Source: Thermoanaerobaculia bacterium (GTDB lineage Bacteria > Acidobacteriota > Thermoanaerobaculia > Gp7-AA8). Taken from it: 64,000 bases of DNA. Made by a program: the position numbers and the translations under genes. The stretch is from contig DATHRD010000015.1 in NCBI GenBank assembly GCA_035482045.1, positions 14,597 to 78,596 on the forward strand. The letters are read 5' to 3'. Below, piece by piece: positions 27,160 through 37,248 of the stretch; position 1 is the first letter of the stretch; each line of letters opens with the position of its first letter. The notes under the pieces were generated by a model that saw only the letters and a list, made by a program, of their open reading frames with translations, was not told the origin of the DNA and ran no database searches.

Positions 27160-28338
27160 CTACGGCGTCTTCGGTACCAGGACCCAATCCGTCTTCACCC
27201 TCGCGCTCTCGTTGCCTGTCTTGTCGACCGACACCACCTCGTAGTAGTACGAGATGCCACGTTCGACGCCGGTGTCACGGTAGTTGGTGGCGGTGAGGAG
27301 GACGATTGGCGTCATCGGGATAGTGCCGACCGAATGCAGGTTCTCGATCCCCGATCCCTCGGTGCGATAGACCTTGTAGCCGGCCAGATCTGGGGCTTCG
27401 ACCGGGTTCCAGACCAGGCGGACCGCGCCGGTCTCGACAAGCGCGGTCAGGCCGGTGGGTGGTGGTGGAGGAACAAGGTCCTTGAAGATTGCGCCGGCAA
27501 TGGGTGAGGGGTCGCTCTCAATACGCGGAGATCCTGCTGCGGCGAGCGCGGTGACGAAGTAGTCGTGCGGGCCGTAGGAAGGGTTGTCCGTGTATGTCGC
27601 GGCCGTCACCGGCGAGGTATTGACCGGTGTCGCGAACTCGTCGGCCGGCTGGTCGTGCGGGAATCGATAGATGTTGTACCCGGCGATCGATGGTTTCTTT
27701 GCGCCGCTGATCGACGTGTCGGGAGCGGCCCAGGTCAGCACGACACCCTCGCGCCGCGCGGTTGCGGTGAGCGCGGTTGGCGCAACCGGCACGTCCATCG
27801 GCACGATGGGTACGAGGTTCGAGAGGTCACTGCTCGCCGATGTGCCCTCGGTGACGACGGCGTAGGTGACACGGATCGGGCGGCCGTCGCTTCCATGGAT
27901 TGGCGGCGTGTCCTCGTACGTCAGACGTGCTCCCGTGGTCGCGGCCGGCAACTTGGCCGCCTCGATGCTGTCGATACGGGCCCGGCGCTTCAGGAACTGA
28001 GGTGCGCTGAGAGGCGGCACTTTCGTAAAGGGTTGCATGTTCTGCGCAACGGCAGATTCGGGCTCCCGAAGTGCCGGCGAGACCGGCGCCGGCGAAGCTG
28101 CCGTCGCGACCGGCGTCTCTTCGATCGAGCGCCAGACCACGATGTGCTTGATGCCTGTCATGCTCTTGCCCGCCGTGGTCAGAGACGGGTAGCCCCACGA
28201 CAGGAGAACTTTGGGACCGCGCTGTGCTACAAGAAGATCGGTCGTCGCTTTCGGGATGACCGGCACAGGCGGATGCGGATCGCCGCGTTTGCCGCATGCC
28301 ACGACAGCGAACAGAAAAAGCACCGCAAGTTTTCTCAC
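27160..28338 (-). CDS. lipoprotein with fibronectin-III-like repeats
   Basis: Lipobox LFLFAVVACG. Repeated beta-rich segments ending in GYKVYR / GYNIYR. Confidence 0.5.
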   Translation of the reverse strand: MRKLAVLFLFAVVACGKRGDPHPPVPVIPKATTDLLVAQRGPKVLLSWGYPSLTTAGKSMTGIKHIVVWRSIEETPVATAASPAPVSPALREPESAVAQNMQPFTKVPPLSAPQFLKRRARIDSIEAAKLPAATTGARLTYEDTPPIHGSDGRPIRVTYAVVTEGTSASSDLSNLVPIVPMDVPVAPTALTATARREGVVLTWAAPDTSISGAKKPSIAGYNIYRFPHDQPADEFATPVNTSPVTAATYTDNPSYGPHDYFVTALAAAGSPRIESDPSPIAGAIFKDLVPPPPPTGLTALVETGAVRLVWNPVEAPDLAGYKVYRTEGSGIENLHSVGTIPMTPIVLLTATNYRDTGVERGISYYYEVVSVDKTGNESARVKTDWVLVPKTP

Positions 28339-28369
28339 CGTTGCGGAATTCTAACGGACAGGAAGCCTC

Positions 28370-30205
28370 ATGTGCGGAATCATCGGATATGTCGGGACGC
28401 GCGACGTCGTGCCGGTCCTGATCGGCGGGCTGAAAAAGCTCGAATATCGCGGCTACGACAGCGCGGGTATCGCCATCGTCGACAGTAACGGCGTGCAGAT
28501 CGTGCGCGCCGAGGGGAAACTGTCGAACCTCGAGGCAAAACTGGACAACCGTCCGCTCCACGGTACGTTCGGAATGGGCCACACGCGTTGGGCCACGCAC
28601 GGCAAACCGAACGAGAACAACGCCCATCCTCATCGCGACTGCAGCGGGAAAGTCGTGGTCATCCACAACGGCATCATCGAGAACTTCCTGCCCATCAAAC
28701 AGCGGCTGCAGAAGGCGGGGCACGAGTTCAAGACCGAGACCGATACGGAAGTCGTGGCCCACCTCATCGAAGAAAACATGAAGGATGGGACGAAGTTCGT
28801 CGAGGCCGTGAGGAAGACACTCAAAGAGTTGGAAGGCCACTACGCGCTGGTGATGATCGACGGCAACGAGCCCGGCACGATCGTGGCCGCGAAGCAGGGA
28901 CCTCCTCTGGTGGTCGGCCTGGGCGAAAACGAAAACTTCATCGCGTCTGACGTCGCGCCTCTCCTCGCCTACACGCGCGACGTCATCTATCTCGAGGATG
29001 GCGAGTACGCCGTCGTCGACCAGACCCACGTCTCCGTCTTCGATCAGGACGATCGGAAGATCGAGAGCGAACCGAAGCGCATCCTCTGGGATGCCGTCAT
29101 GGCCGAGAAGGAAGGCTACCGGCACTACATGCTCAAGGAGATTCACGAGCAGTCGCGGGCCGTTCGTGACACGTTCACCGGCCGGATGTTCGAGGAGTCG
29201 GGCGAGATTTTCTTCAACGACCTGCAGCTCGCGCCGGACGATTGGGCGAAGATCCGAAAGGTTCACATCGTTGCCTGCGGCACGTCGTGGCACGCGGGCC
29301 TGGTCGGCAAGTTCCTGCTCGAGGAGGCCGCCCGCATTCCCATCGAGGTCGATTATGGGTCGGAGTACCGCTATCGCAATCCGATCATCGACGCGAGTAC
29401 GCTCGTCGTCGGTGTCACGCAGTCGGGCGAGACCGCCGACACGATCGCCGGGATGCAGGAAGCGAAACGGCGGGGCGCGAAACTCATCACAATCTGCAAC
29501 GTCATCGGTGCCGCGGCCACGCGGATGTCGGATGGCGCGATCTACACGAACGCCGGGCCCGAGATCGGGGTTGCCTCGACGAAGGCGTTCACGACGCAGC
29601 TCACGGCCTTCTATCTTCTCGCGCTCTACATCCGCCAGCTCCGCGGCGAGGCGGTCGGCAATCGCCGCAAGGCCATGCACGAGATGAGCGCGATCCCGCA
29701 CAAGATCGAAGATCTTCTGGCCAAGCAGGAGAAGCACATCGAGGCCCTGGCGCACAAGTACGCGAAATCACAGGATTTCCTCTTCCTGGGCCGTGGCGTG
29801 CACTACCCGATCGCGCTCGAGGGGGCGCTCAAGCTCAAGGAGATCTCGTACATTCATGCCGAGGGCTATCCGGCGGGGGAGATGAAACACGGACCGATCG
29901 CCCTCATCGACGAGAACCTTCCGGTCGTGGCTATCGCCACGCACACGCCGGTATATGAGAAGGTCGTCTCCAACTTGCAGGAAGTGAAAGCGCGCGACGG
30001 CAAATTGATCGTGATCTGCGACGAGGGCGACGAGGCTATCCACAAGCTCGCCGACGACGTGATCGAGATCCCTTCGACGATCGAGCCCCTCCAGCCGATT
30101 CTCTCGGTCATCCCGACCCAACTCCTCGCGTACTACATCGCCTTGCGTCGCGGCTGCGACGTCGATCAGCCACGGAATCTGGCAAAGAGCGTGACCGTGG
30201 AGTGA
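28370..30205 (+). CDS. glmS: glutamine--fructose-6-phosphate aminotransferase
   Basis: MCGIIGYVG... N-terminal Cys. Two SIS domains. Ends ...VTVE. Confidence 0.95.
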   Translation: MCGIIGYVGTRDVVPVLIGGLKKLEYRGYDSAGIAIVDSNGVQIVRAEGKLSNLEAKLDNRPLHGTFGMGHTRWATHGKPNENNAHPHRDCSGKVVVIHNGIIENFLPIKQRLQKAGHEFKTETDTEVVAHLIEENMKDGTKFVEAVRKTLKELEGHYALVMIDGNEPGTIVAAKQGPPLVVGLGENENFIASDVAPLLAYTRDVIYLEDGEYAVVDQTHVSVFDQDDRKIESEPKRILWDAVMAEKEGYRHYMLKEIHEQSRAVRDTFTGRMFEESGEIFFNDLQLAPDDWAKIRKVHIVACGTSWHAGLVGKFLLEEAARIPIEVDYGSEYRYRNPIIDASTLVVGVTQSGETADTIAGMQEAKRRGAKLITICNVIGAAATRMSDGAIYTNAGPEIGVASTKAFTTQLTAFYLLALYIRQLRGEAVGNRRKAMHEMSAIPHKIEDLLAKQEKHIEALAHKYAKSQDFLFLGRGVHYPIALEGALKLKEISYIHAEGYPAGEMKHGPIALIDENLPVVAIATHTPVYEKVVSNLQEVKARDGKLIVICDEGDEAIHKLADDVIEIPSTIEPLQPILSVIPTQLLAYYIALRRGCDVDQPRNLAKSVTVE

Positions 30206-30214
30206 TCGGAAGAC

Positions 30215-30288
30215 AGATAGGAGTGTCTGTGCCTGCCAAAGTCGATCCCGTTCCACTCCACGACTTCTGTAAATTTCCGCAGCCGATG
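30215..30288. repeat. 20-bp inverted repeat pair in the glmS-alkA intergenic region
   Basis: acagataggagtgtctgtgcc ... ggcacagacactcctgtctgt. Confidence 0.5.
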
Positions 30289-30289
30289 T

Positions 30290-31090
30290 GTGGCACAGAC
30301 GGCACAGACACTCCTGTCTGTGCGGTGTGAAAATGCATTCGTGACAGCACTCGCCTACACCTCTCCCTATGACTGGGACGCCATCCTCGCCTTCCTCCGT
30401 CCGCGCGCGATCGCCGGCGTCGAAGTAATCAGCGCGGATGCCTACGAACGTGGCGGAGTGCAGGTAACGCATGACGCAACCAGGAAGGTCGTGATCGTCA
30501 GCGACCCTTCGCAGGCCGATCGCGTGCGGACGATGTTCGATCTCGATGCCGACATCGTCGCGATCGAGAAGCGGCTCGGGCGTGACCCCATGCTTGCGCC
30601 GCTCGTTCGCGCGCATCGCGGTATTCGCGTTCCGGGGACTTGGGACCCCTTCGAGATGGCTGTCCGGGCCGTGGTCGGGCAGCAGATCAGCGTGGCCGGG
30701 GCGACTACGATCATGGGGCGCATCGCTACGCGCCATGGCGTCACTCCCGAGTCGCTGATGCGCGCACGAGCGAACCCGGGAATGCCGCAGGCGCGCTGGA
30801 GCTCGATTCGCGGGTTGGCCCGTGCAGTGGCCCGCGGCGAGGTCACGTTCGAGCGCGGTACGACCCTCGAAGAGTCGATCGGCCGGCTGACATCGCTGCC
30901 CGGTATCGGTCCATGGACGGCCCACTACGTCGCCATGCGCGCCCTTCGCGAGCCCGACGCCTTCCCGCACACCGACCTCGGCATCCGCAAGGCTGCCGGC
31001 ATGATCGGTGACCGCGAGCTACTGGCGCGGGCGGAGGGGTGGCGGCCTTATCGGGCGTATGCCGCCATGTTGCTGTGGCGCAGTCTGTAG
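30290..31090 (+). CDS. DNA-3-methyladenine glycosylase II-like (HhH-GPD, AlkA family)
   Basis: HhH-GPD fold: LTSLPGIGPWTAHYVAMRAL plus a catalytic Asp region. Start codon uncertain. Confidence 0.65.
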   Translation: MAQTAQTLLSVRCENAFVTALAYTSPYDWDAILAFLRPRAIAGVEVISADAYERGGVQVTHDATRKVVIVSDPSQADRVRTMFDLDADIVAIEKRLGRDPMLAPLVRAHRGIRVPGTWDPFEMAVRAVVGQQISVAGATTIMGRIATRHGVTPESLMRARANPGMPQARWSSIRGLARAVARGEVTFERGTTLEESIGRLTSLPGIGPWTAHYVAMRALREPDAFPHTDLGIRKAAGMIGDRELLARAEGWRPYRAYAAMLLWRSL

Positions 31091-31114
31091 CGGCGTTATG
31101 ATCAAACGCGGCCG

Positions 31115-31594
31115 ATGACGACCTTCACCTACGTCGATACGCCGATCGGCGCACTGCTCGTCGCGGGAGACACGGACGGCATCGTCGAGATCCATTTCGC
31201 TGGCGCGAAGCCGAGATCGGACTGGGTGCGCGACGACGACTCTCTCGCGGACGCGGCCTCACAGTTGCGCGCGTACTTTGACGGCGAGCTGCGCGCGTTC
31301 GACCTTCCGCTGAAAACGGATGGAACCGAGTTCCAGCAGAGGGTCTGGAGCGCATTGCGCAAGATTCCGTACGGCGAGACGACCACCTACACCGCCATCG
31401 CCGAACGAATTGGAAGGCCGAGCGCTGTGCGCGCGGTTGGGGCCGCGAACGGCGCGAATCCGATCCCCATCGTGATCCCCTGTCATCGCGTCATCGGAGC
31501 GAGCGGTTCGATGACCGGCTTCGGCGGAGGAATCGACGTAAAGAAGCGACTGCTCGCGCTCGAAGCACGGGTGTCGGGTCGAACGCTCTTTTGA
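31115..31594 (+). CDS. ogt: methylated-DNA--protein-cysteine methyltransferase
   Basis: IPCHRVI active site. ...IPYGETTTY... DNA-binding region. Confidence 0.9.
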   Translation: MTTFTYVDTPIGALLVAGDTDGIVEIHFAGAKPRSDWVRDDDSLADAASQLRAYFDGELRAFDLPLKTDGTEFQQRVWSALRKIPYGETTTYTAIAERIGRPSAVRAVGAANGANPIPIVIPCHRVIGASGSMTGFGGGIDVKKRLLALEARVSGRTLF

Positions 31595-31628
31595 ACCCCT
31601 TCCGCACTGACGTAAACTGGCTGCTTCC

Positions 31629-33044
31629 ATGATCCTGCTGCCAATCGGGCGCGATGACGCGGTCATTCGCCGCCATGCCTGGGTTTCGTACTCCATCATC
31701 GGCCTGAACATCTTCGTCTGGCTGGCCATGGCCGTGTACGAGACGGCGGGCGGCAGCGCACACGCCAACGAGCAATGGGTGAAGACGATGCGCTTCTTCA
31801 TCGCGCATCCTTACCTGCACGTTCCGCCGTCGATCGACCTTCTCGTGCCCCCTTCGCTCAAGGTGCGCGTTGCGGCGACGGCCACGCCGCCGGCGGCCTC
31901 GGTGGATGTGCAGGGGGAACAGGCGACATTTGACGGCATGGCCGAAGATCTCGAGCGCGCCTACAAAGCTCTGCCAAGCATCCGTTTTGGCTACACTCCC
32001 GCGGAGGGGGGCGTCGTCCGCATCTTCACAGCGATGTTCATCCACCTCGGTTTTCTGCACCTTTTCGGCAACCTCCTCTTCTTTTTCATCTCGGGGCCGT
32101 TTGTGGAGGATGTCTTCGGCCGTCCGCTATTCGCTTTTCTCTACTTAAGCGGTGGTGTGGTGGCAACACTCGTCTTCGCCGCGAAGCATCCGGGCAGCAA
32201 CATATCGCTCGTCGGTGCCTCGGGCGCGATCGCCGCGGTGATGGGGGCTTACCTCGTCCGTTTCCTCAACTCGAAGGTGGAGTTCATCCTCATTCCGTTT
32301 CTGCTGGTGTGGAGGTGGAACTTCCGCTTTCACATGCCGGCCTTCGTCGCGCTTCCGCTCTGGTTCGCACAACAGTTCTACCTGACGACGACCGAGACAT
32401 CGGGTGGCGGGACGGCCTTCTCCGCGCACGTGGGCGGTTTTCTTTACGGCGTCGTCATCGCGCTCATGGTCAGGTTGCTGGGCATCGAGGAAAAGTTCGT
32501 CGCGCCTCTAGTCGAGAAGGAAACGACGTGGAAAGCGGACGACCGCCTGGTGCAAGCGGTAGCGGCCAGAGACGCCGGCGATCTCGACCGCGCGCGGACG
32601 TTGATCGCGGCGCTGCTGGCCGAACAGCCCCGCAACATCGACGCGCTTCGCTTCGCTCTCGACGCCTCGGTTGATGAACGAGCGCGCGACGGGTATGCCA
32701 CACGGCTGCTGGCGCGTGACATCGAAGAGAAGCACGATGATTCCGCCGTCGATCTGATTCGCGAGTTGCAAGCGGAACGGTTGCCGCATTTCCTGGCTCG
32801 CGCCGCGCAGTTCGCCGAGCGGCGCGGCCAGCGTGATTGGGCGATCGTCCTATACGAGTCGCTTTGCGATATCGAGACGACCGGCGTCAACGCCATCGGC
32901 CCGCTCGTCAAGCTTGGGACTCTGCGGAAGCTGTCCGGAGACGCCGCCGGCGCGCGCGACGCGCTGACAAGAGCGCGGCATCATCCCGACTGCTCACCGG
33001 AATGGGCTGCGAACGTCGAGGCGAAGCTGCAGCAATTGGCGTAA
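31629..33044 (+). CDS. rhomboid-family intramembrane serine protease with a C-terminal TPR-like domain
   Basis: GASGAI (catalytic Ser) and the downstream His in the rhomboid core. Soluble C-terminal helical-repeat region. Confidence 0.75.
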   Translation: MILLPIGRDDAVIRRHAWVSYSIIGLNIFVWLAMAVYETAGGSAHANEQWVKTMRFFIAHPYLHVPPSIDLLVPPSLKVRVAATATPPAASVDVQGEQATFDGMAEDLERAYKALPSIRFGYTPAEGGVVRIFTAMFIHLGFLHLFGNLLFFFISGPFVEDVFGRPLFAFLYLSGGVVATLVFAAKHPGSNISLVGASGAIAAVMGAYLVRFLNSKVEFILIPFLLVWRWNFRFHMPAFVALPLWFAQQFYLTTTETSGGGTAFSAHVGGFLYGVVIALMVRLLGIEEKFVAPLVEKETTWKADDRLVQAVAARDAGDLDRARTLIAALLAEQPRNIDALRFALDASVDERARDGYATRLLARDIEEKHDDSAVDLIRELQAERLPHFLARAAQFAERRGQRDWAIVLYESLCDIETTGVNAIGPLVKLGTLRKLSGDAAGARDALTRARHHPDCSPEWAANVEAKLQQLA

Positions 33045-33046
33045 CG

Positions 33047-34129
33047 TCAGCCGCGCGCGATCCAGCCGCCGCCGAGGCAGAGATCGCCGTCGTAGAAGAC
33101 AACTGCCTGACCGGGGGCGACGGCGCGGAGCTTCTGCGCGAACTGGACGCGGGCGCGGTCGCCGGCGAGCGGCGTAACCGTCGCGGCGACGTCGGCCGAA
33201 CGTGAACGAACGCGGGCCTGGACCTCGATCGGTCCGGACGGGGTCTCACCGCTGATCCAGTGAACGCGCCCGGCGACCAGCTCATCACGCTCCAGATCCG
33301 ACGCTTCGCCGACTACCACGCGCCTCGTGAACGGGTTCACGTCGAGGACGTACATCCGCTCGGCTGTTCCGCCGATGTCGAGGCCGCGTCGCTGCCCGAT
33401 GGTGAAGTGGTAGTACCCGTCATGGGTGCCGACCACGTTGCCGTCGACGTCGACGATCTCACCGGCCGCGTCTCCCGGTGCGATCGATGCCTCGCGCTCG
33501 ACGATGGCCGCGTAGCTGTCTTTCTGTGGCACAAAGCAGATCTCGTACGATTCCTTCTTCTGCGCCACCACGAGGCCTGCCGCCTCGGCGACGTCCCTGA
33601 CCTGCGGCTTGGTCATCTCGCCCAGCGGGAAGAGCGCGCCGGCGAGTTGCTCCTGCGTCAGCTCGAAGAGGAAGTACGACTGATCCTTGGCCAGATGCCG
33701 GGCCTTGCGCAACTCGAACCGGCCGGCGTCGTCGCGGGTAATGCGGGCGTAGTGGCCGGTGGCAATTCTCTCGGCACCGATGGCCCGCGCTTTCTCGTGG
33801 AAAAGGTCGAATTTCACGTGTGTGTTGCAGAGCACACACGGGCTGGGGGTCAGGCCGCTCAGGTACGACTGAACGAACGGAGTGATGACCTTTTCGTGAA
33901 AGTTCTGCTCCAGATTCAGCGTGAAGTGGGGGATCTCGAGCTTCCAGGCCACACGGCGGGCGTCGGCGAGATCGTCGATCGTGCAGCAGCCGCCGTAGGT
34001 CGTGTCGGCATTGGCCAGGTTGTCGTACATCTGCATCGACAGACCGACGACATCATGTCCGGCCGACTTGAGAATGTACGCGGCGGTCGACGAATCGACC
34101 CCGCCTGACATGGCTACAGCGACTTTCAA
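33047..34129 (-). CDS. mnmA: tRNA-specific 2-thiouridylase
   Basis: (M)KVAVAMSGGVDSS PP-loop. TTG start at 34129 with GGAGGG upstream. The longer in-frame ORF up to 34621 appears spurious. Confidence 0.85.
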   Translation of the reverse strand: MKVAVAMSGGVDSSTAAYILKSAGHDVVGLSMQMYDNLANADTTYGGCCTIDDLADARRVAWKLEIPHFTLNLEQNFHEKVITPFVQSYLSGLTPSPCVLCNTHVKFDLFHEKARAIGAERIATGHYARITRDDAGRFELRKARHLAKDQSYFLFELTQEQLAGALFPLGEMTKPQVRDVAEAAGLVVAQKKESYEICFVPQKDSYAAIVEREASIAPGDAAGEIVDVDGNVVGTHDGYYHFTIGQRRGLDIGGTAERMYVLDVNPFTRRVVVGEASDLERDELVAGRVHWISGETPSGPIEVQARVRSRSADVAATVTPLAGDRARVQFAQKLRAVAPGQAVVFYDGDLCLGGGWIARG

Positions 34130-34198
34130 GGCCCTCCGAGAAGCACCCGCGGAGAGTGCGATATTCCGAAAGGCACCTGTTGTGCATGTGAATGAACC

Positions 34199-34657
34199 GT
34201 GGTCCAAACAGGTGAAGAGGTGACGGAGAAACCTCCGTTTTGCGTATTGGTGGTTGACGATGACCCGAGCATCCGGCGGATGATCGTGGCAGCGCTCAAG
34301 CGCGACGGCTATGTCTTTCATGAAGCACCGAACGGGAAAGAGGCCCTCGACCTCATGCGAAGCGAGCACCCGAACGTCGTCGTGCTCGATCTGATGATGC
34401 CGGTCCTTTCCGGTTGGGACGTGCTGCAGGCGCGCGAGCTGGAGCCGGAGCTGAAGAGCATCCCGGTCATCATCATCAGCGCGAATCGCGCTCCCGAGGT
34501 TGCCACGGCGGTCGACAAGGGTATTTGTGCCTTCCTGCCGAAGCCGTTCGATATCGGTGCGCTGAGTGCGCTCGTGAGAAGCTGTCTGCCGGTGACGGGG
34601 CAGTCCCGCGCCTTGGCTCACGCCCAGGACGGCGAGGCAAAAGCACCGGCCTGCTGA
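34199..34657 (+). CDS. single-domain CheY-like response regulator
   Basis: VLVVDDDPSIRRMI...VVLDLMMPVLSGWDVL (phospho-acceptor Asp context). Confidence 0.8.
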   Translation: MVQTGEEVTEKPPFCVLVVDDDPSIRRMIVAALKRDGYVFHEAPNGKEALDLMRSEHPNVVVLDLMMPVLSGWDVLQARELEPELKSIPVIIISANRAPEVATAVDKGICAFLPKPFDIGALSALVRSCLPVTGQSRALAHAQDGEAKAPAC

Positions 34658-34677
34658 GCCCTGATACCATTCGCTCC

Positions 34678-35172
34678 ATGTGGGTGAGCATCATCATGGG
34701 AAGCGATTCGGACGCCGAGGTCATGTCGCAGGCCTGCGCGGCACTCGATGAGTTTGGCGTCGCCTACGAGATGAAGGTCGCATCCGCGCACCGGAGTCCG
34801 GACCGAACGAAACAGATCATCATCGACGCGGAGCGCGACGGGGCGGCCGTATTCATCGCCGGAGCGGGGATGGCGGCCCATCTGCCGGGCGTCGTGGCGT
34901 CGTTCACCACGAAGCCGGTCATCGGCGTACCGCTCGCGGGAGGAGCGTTGCAGGGACTCGATGCCCTGCTGGCGGTCGTGCAGATGCCGCCTGGAGTCCC
35001 GGTGGCCACCGTGGCGGTCGGCGGCGCTCGAAACGCGGGCATCCTTGCGGCGCAGATCATCGCTCTGACGGACGAGGGCCTCGCGGCGCGGCTGCGCGAA
35101 CAGCGCGTCTCGATGGCGGATGCCGTTGGGAAGAAGTCGAAGAAGGTCGAACGCTCGACGAGAGTGGATTAG
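34678..35172 (+). CDS. purE: N5-carboxyaminoimidazole ribonucleotide mutase
   Basis: MWVSIIMGSDSD...AGAGMAAHLPGVVA. Confidence 0.9.
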   Translation: MWVSIIMGSDSDAEVMSQACAALDEFGVAYEMKVASAHRSPDRTKQIIIDAERDGAAVFIAGAGMAAHLPGVVASFTTKPVIGVPLAGGALQGLDALLAVVQMPPGVPVATVAVGGARNAGILAAQIIALTDEGLAARLREQRVSMADAVGKKSKKVERSTRVD

Positions 35173-35178
35173 TAGGAG

Positions 35179-36093
35179 ATGGCTCCTCACGACCATCATC
35201 ACGAAGCTCGCGGCGCAACCGTATCGCGCAAGCTGATGGTTGCTTCCATCGCCACGGCGATTTTCGTTGGCGTGGAGGTAGTGGTCGGAATCGAAGCGAG
35301 ATCGCTCGCTTTGATCGGCGATGCGCTCCACAACGTGACCGACACGTTGGCGCTCCTTCTGGCCTTGTTCGCCGTGCGCCTGGAGAGGCGGCCGGCTACG
35401 AGCGCGAAATCCTACGGCTGGCACCGCGCCGGCGTGCTGGCGGCCTTCATCAACGCCGGCGCACTGGCGGCGTTCACGATCTTCCTCTTCGTCGCATCCG
35501 CACAACGGCTGCGCACTCCCGTGCCCGTCAACAGCACGGCCATGCTCATCACCGCCGCGGCAGCGCTGCTCCTCAACGGCTCGATCACACTCTGGCTTCG
35601 CGGCCATGGGCACGATCTCAATCTTCGGGGCGCCATGCTTCACATGCTCGGCGACGCCATCTCCTCGGCGGGGATCATCGCGGCCGCTCTCCTGATCCGC
35701 TCGACCGGTGCCCTGTTCTGGGATCCGGCCGTCTCCGTCGCCATCGGCATTCTGATCCTCTGGAGCAGTTGGGGGATTCTGCGCGAAGCCATCAACCTGC
35801 TGCTAGAAGGGACGCCGTCCGGCATCGATCCGGAGGCGGTGACGCGCGCGATCGCGGCACTCGACGGCGTTGACGGTGTGCATCACCTTCACATCTGGGC
35901 TCTCGGCGCGTCGCGGCCGGCGCTGTCGTGTCATCTCATGGTCGGGGATATCCCGGTCCGGTCGACGGGCAATCTGCTCGCGCGGGTCAACGGACTCCTG
36001 GAGCATGAATACGGGATCGCGCACACGACGATCCAGTTCGAGTTCGCGAGCTGCGATACCGACGACCCGTACTGCGTGCCGTACGAAACGTAA
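35179..36093 (+). CDS. cation diffusion facilitator (CzcD/ZitB-like) metal efflux transporter
   Basis: His-rich N-terminus. 6 TM helices with the HNVTD motif. C-terminal cytoplasmic domain. Confidence 0.8.
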   Translation: MAPHDHHHEARGATVSRKLMVASIATAIFVGVEVVVGIEARSLALIGDALHNVTDTLALLLALFAVRLERRPATSAKSYGWHRAGVLAAFINAGALAAFTIFLFVASAQRLRTPVPVNSTAMLITAAAALLLNGSITLWLRGHGHDLNLRGAMLHMLGDAISSAGIIAAALLIRSTGALFWDPAVSVAIGILILWSSWGILREAINLLLEGTPSGIDPEAVTRAIAALDGVDGVHHLHIWALGASRPALSCHLMVGDIPVRSTGNLLARVNGLLEHEYGIAHTTIQFEFASCDTDDPYCVPYET

Positions 36094-36094
36094 C

Positions 36095-37087
36095 CTACCT
36101 CTTCGCGCGGAGCGCGGCCTCGTGAGCACGCGCACGATCGAGCGCCTTTTCGAGGGTGCGAACGACCTCGCTCGCGGAGGCCAGCAGCGACTCCAGCTCC
36201 ACCCGCTCCGCGCCCGTGTCGTGAATCTCCGTGGCACCCGCGGCAAACGGGTCGTCTGCCCCGTCCGGCTCGACCTCGACGGCGACCACGGCGCCGAAGG
36301 GATCTTCCTCTTCAGCTACGTGGACTTCGATCGGTTCCGCCTCGAACGGTGAGACCGTGACCGTCTCGTCGGCGTCGAACGACGGCTGGGCAGGCGTCGT
36401 TTTCATCGACAGCTTCGGAGTTCCCGCCGACGTCGGCGTCACGCCCGATCTCGCTGACATATCCGGCGCGCCAAGCTCCGGCTCCTCGTGCAACGTCGTG
36501 TCGACGTTGTTCTTGAGATTGTCGAGGATGCGGGATACCGCGGCGCGGAGCGTAGCAGTGACGCCGCTACCGGTGATGGCCGCCGCCTCAACGGTCGGTA
36601 CTCCGTTCGGATTCAAATACTCGTTCATCACCTCGACCGAGTCGATGTTCGGCAGGTCACGCTTGTTGTACTGGTAAACCAGGGCCACTTTCCCCGGATC
36701 GATGCGGTTGATCCGGAGATTCGTCTTCAGGTTCTCCAGGCTGTCGAGGTTCGAGTCGCGCATCGTCGACTGCGAGTCGGCCACGAAGACCACGCCGTCG
36801 GCACCGCGCAGCACGAGCTTTCTCGTGGCGTTGTAGAACACCTGGCCGGGCACGGTGTAGAGCTGCACGCGTACTTTCTGACCGGCGATCGTGCCCAGCT
36901 CCATCGGCATGAAGTCGAAAAAGAGGGTCCGGTCCGTCTCCGTCGACATCGAGATCATCTTGCCCTTGTTGTCGAGCTTCGGATTTCCGTAGATCTTCTC
37001 GAGATTCGTGGTCTTCCCGCACAGGCCTGGCCCGTAATAGACGAGCTTGACCGTCACCTCGTTGATCGCCTTGTTGATCAGGACCAT
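36095..37087 (-). CDS. mglA: MglA-family Ras-like small GTPase with a long acidic C-terminal extension
   Basis: KLVYYGPGLCGKTTNLEKI...STETDRTLFFDF...LYTVPGQVFY...YQYNKRDLP is near-identical to MglA core motifs. About 130 aa of extra acidic C-terminus. No mglB adjacent. Confidence 0.8.
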   Translation of the reverse strand: MVLINKAINEVTVKLVYYGPGLCGKTTNLEKIYGNPKLDNKGKMISMSTETDRTLFFDFMPMELGTIAGQKVRVQLYTVPGQVFYNATRKLVLRGADGVVFVADSQSTMRDSNLDSLENLKTNLRINRIDPGKVALVYQYNKRDLPNIDSVEVMNEYLNPNGVPTVEAAAITGSGVTATLRAAVSRILDNLKNNVDTTLHEEPELGAPDMSARSGVTPTSAGTPKLSMKTTPAQPSFDADETVTVSPFEAEPIEVHVAEEEDPFGAVVAVEVEPDGADDPFAAGATEIHDTGAERVELESLLASASEVVRTLEKALDRARAHEAALRAKR

Positions 37088-37099
37088 GGCGGGATTAGC

Positions 37100-37240
37100 T
37101 TACCTGATGTTGGGGGGTGGGGAGTGGGGGTGGGGAGTGGGAGAGGGAGTCGCGGTGGGAAGCTACTGCTCTGAAATCCAACTCCCAACTGCCACTCCCA
37201 CCCCCCACTCCCCACTCCCCACCCCCCACCCCGCGATATC
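37100..37240. repeat. G-rich / C-rich long palindrome of the GGGGTGGGGAGTGG family between mglA-like and eda-like genes
   Basis: ggggggtggggagtgggggtggggagtgggagagggag ... ctcccaactgccactcccaccccccactccccactccccaccccccacccc. Confidence 0.8.
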
Positions 37241-37248
37241 CTTTCCTC

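Noticed and set aside
30206-30289. glmS ribozyme or riboswitch near glmS
   Set aside because: The glmS ribozyme lies 5-prime of glmS in Firmicutes. Here the upstream gap is about 30 bp and the structured 20-bp inverted repeat is downstream of the gene.
34130-34621. N-terminal 170 codons of ORF 33047..34621, upstream of mnmA
   Set aside because: The MnmA PP-loop (MKVAVAMSGGVDSS) begins at the TTG 34129 with a good RBS. The upstream in-frame stretch is not family-like.
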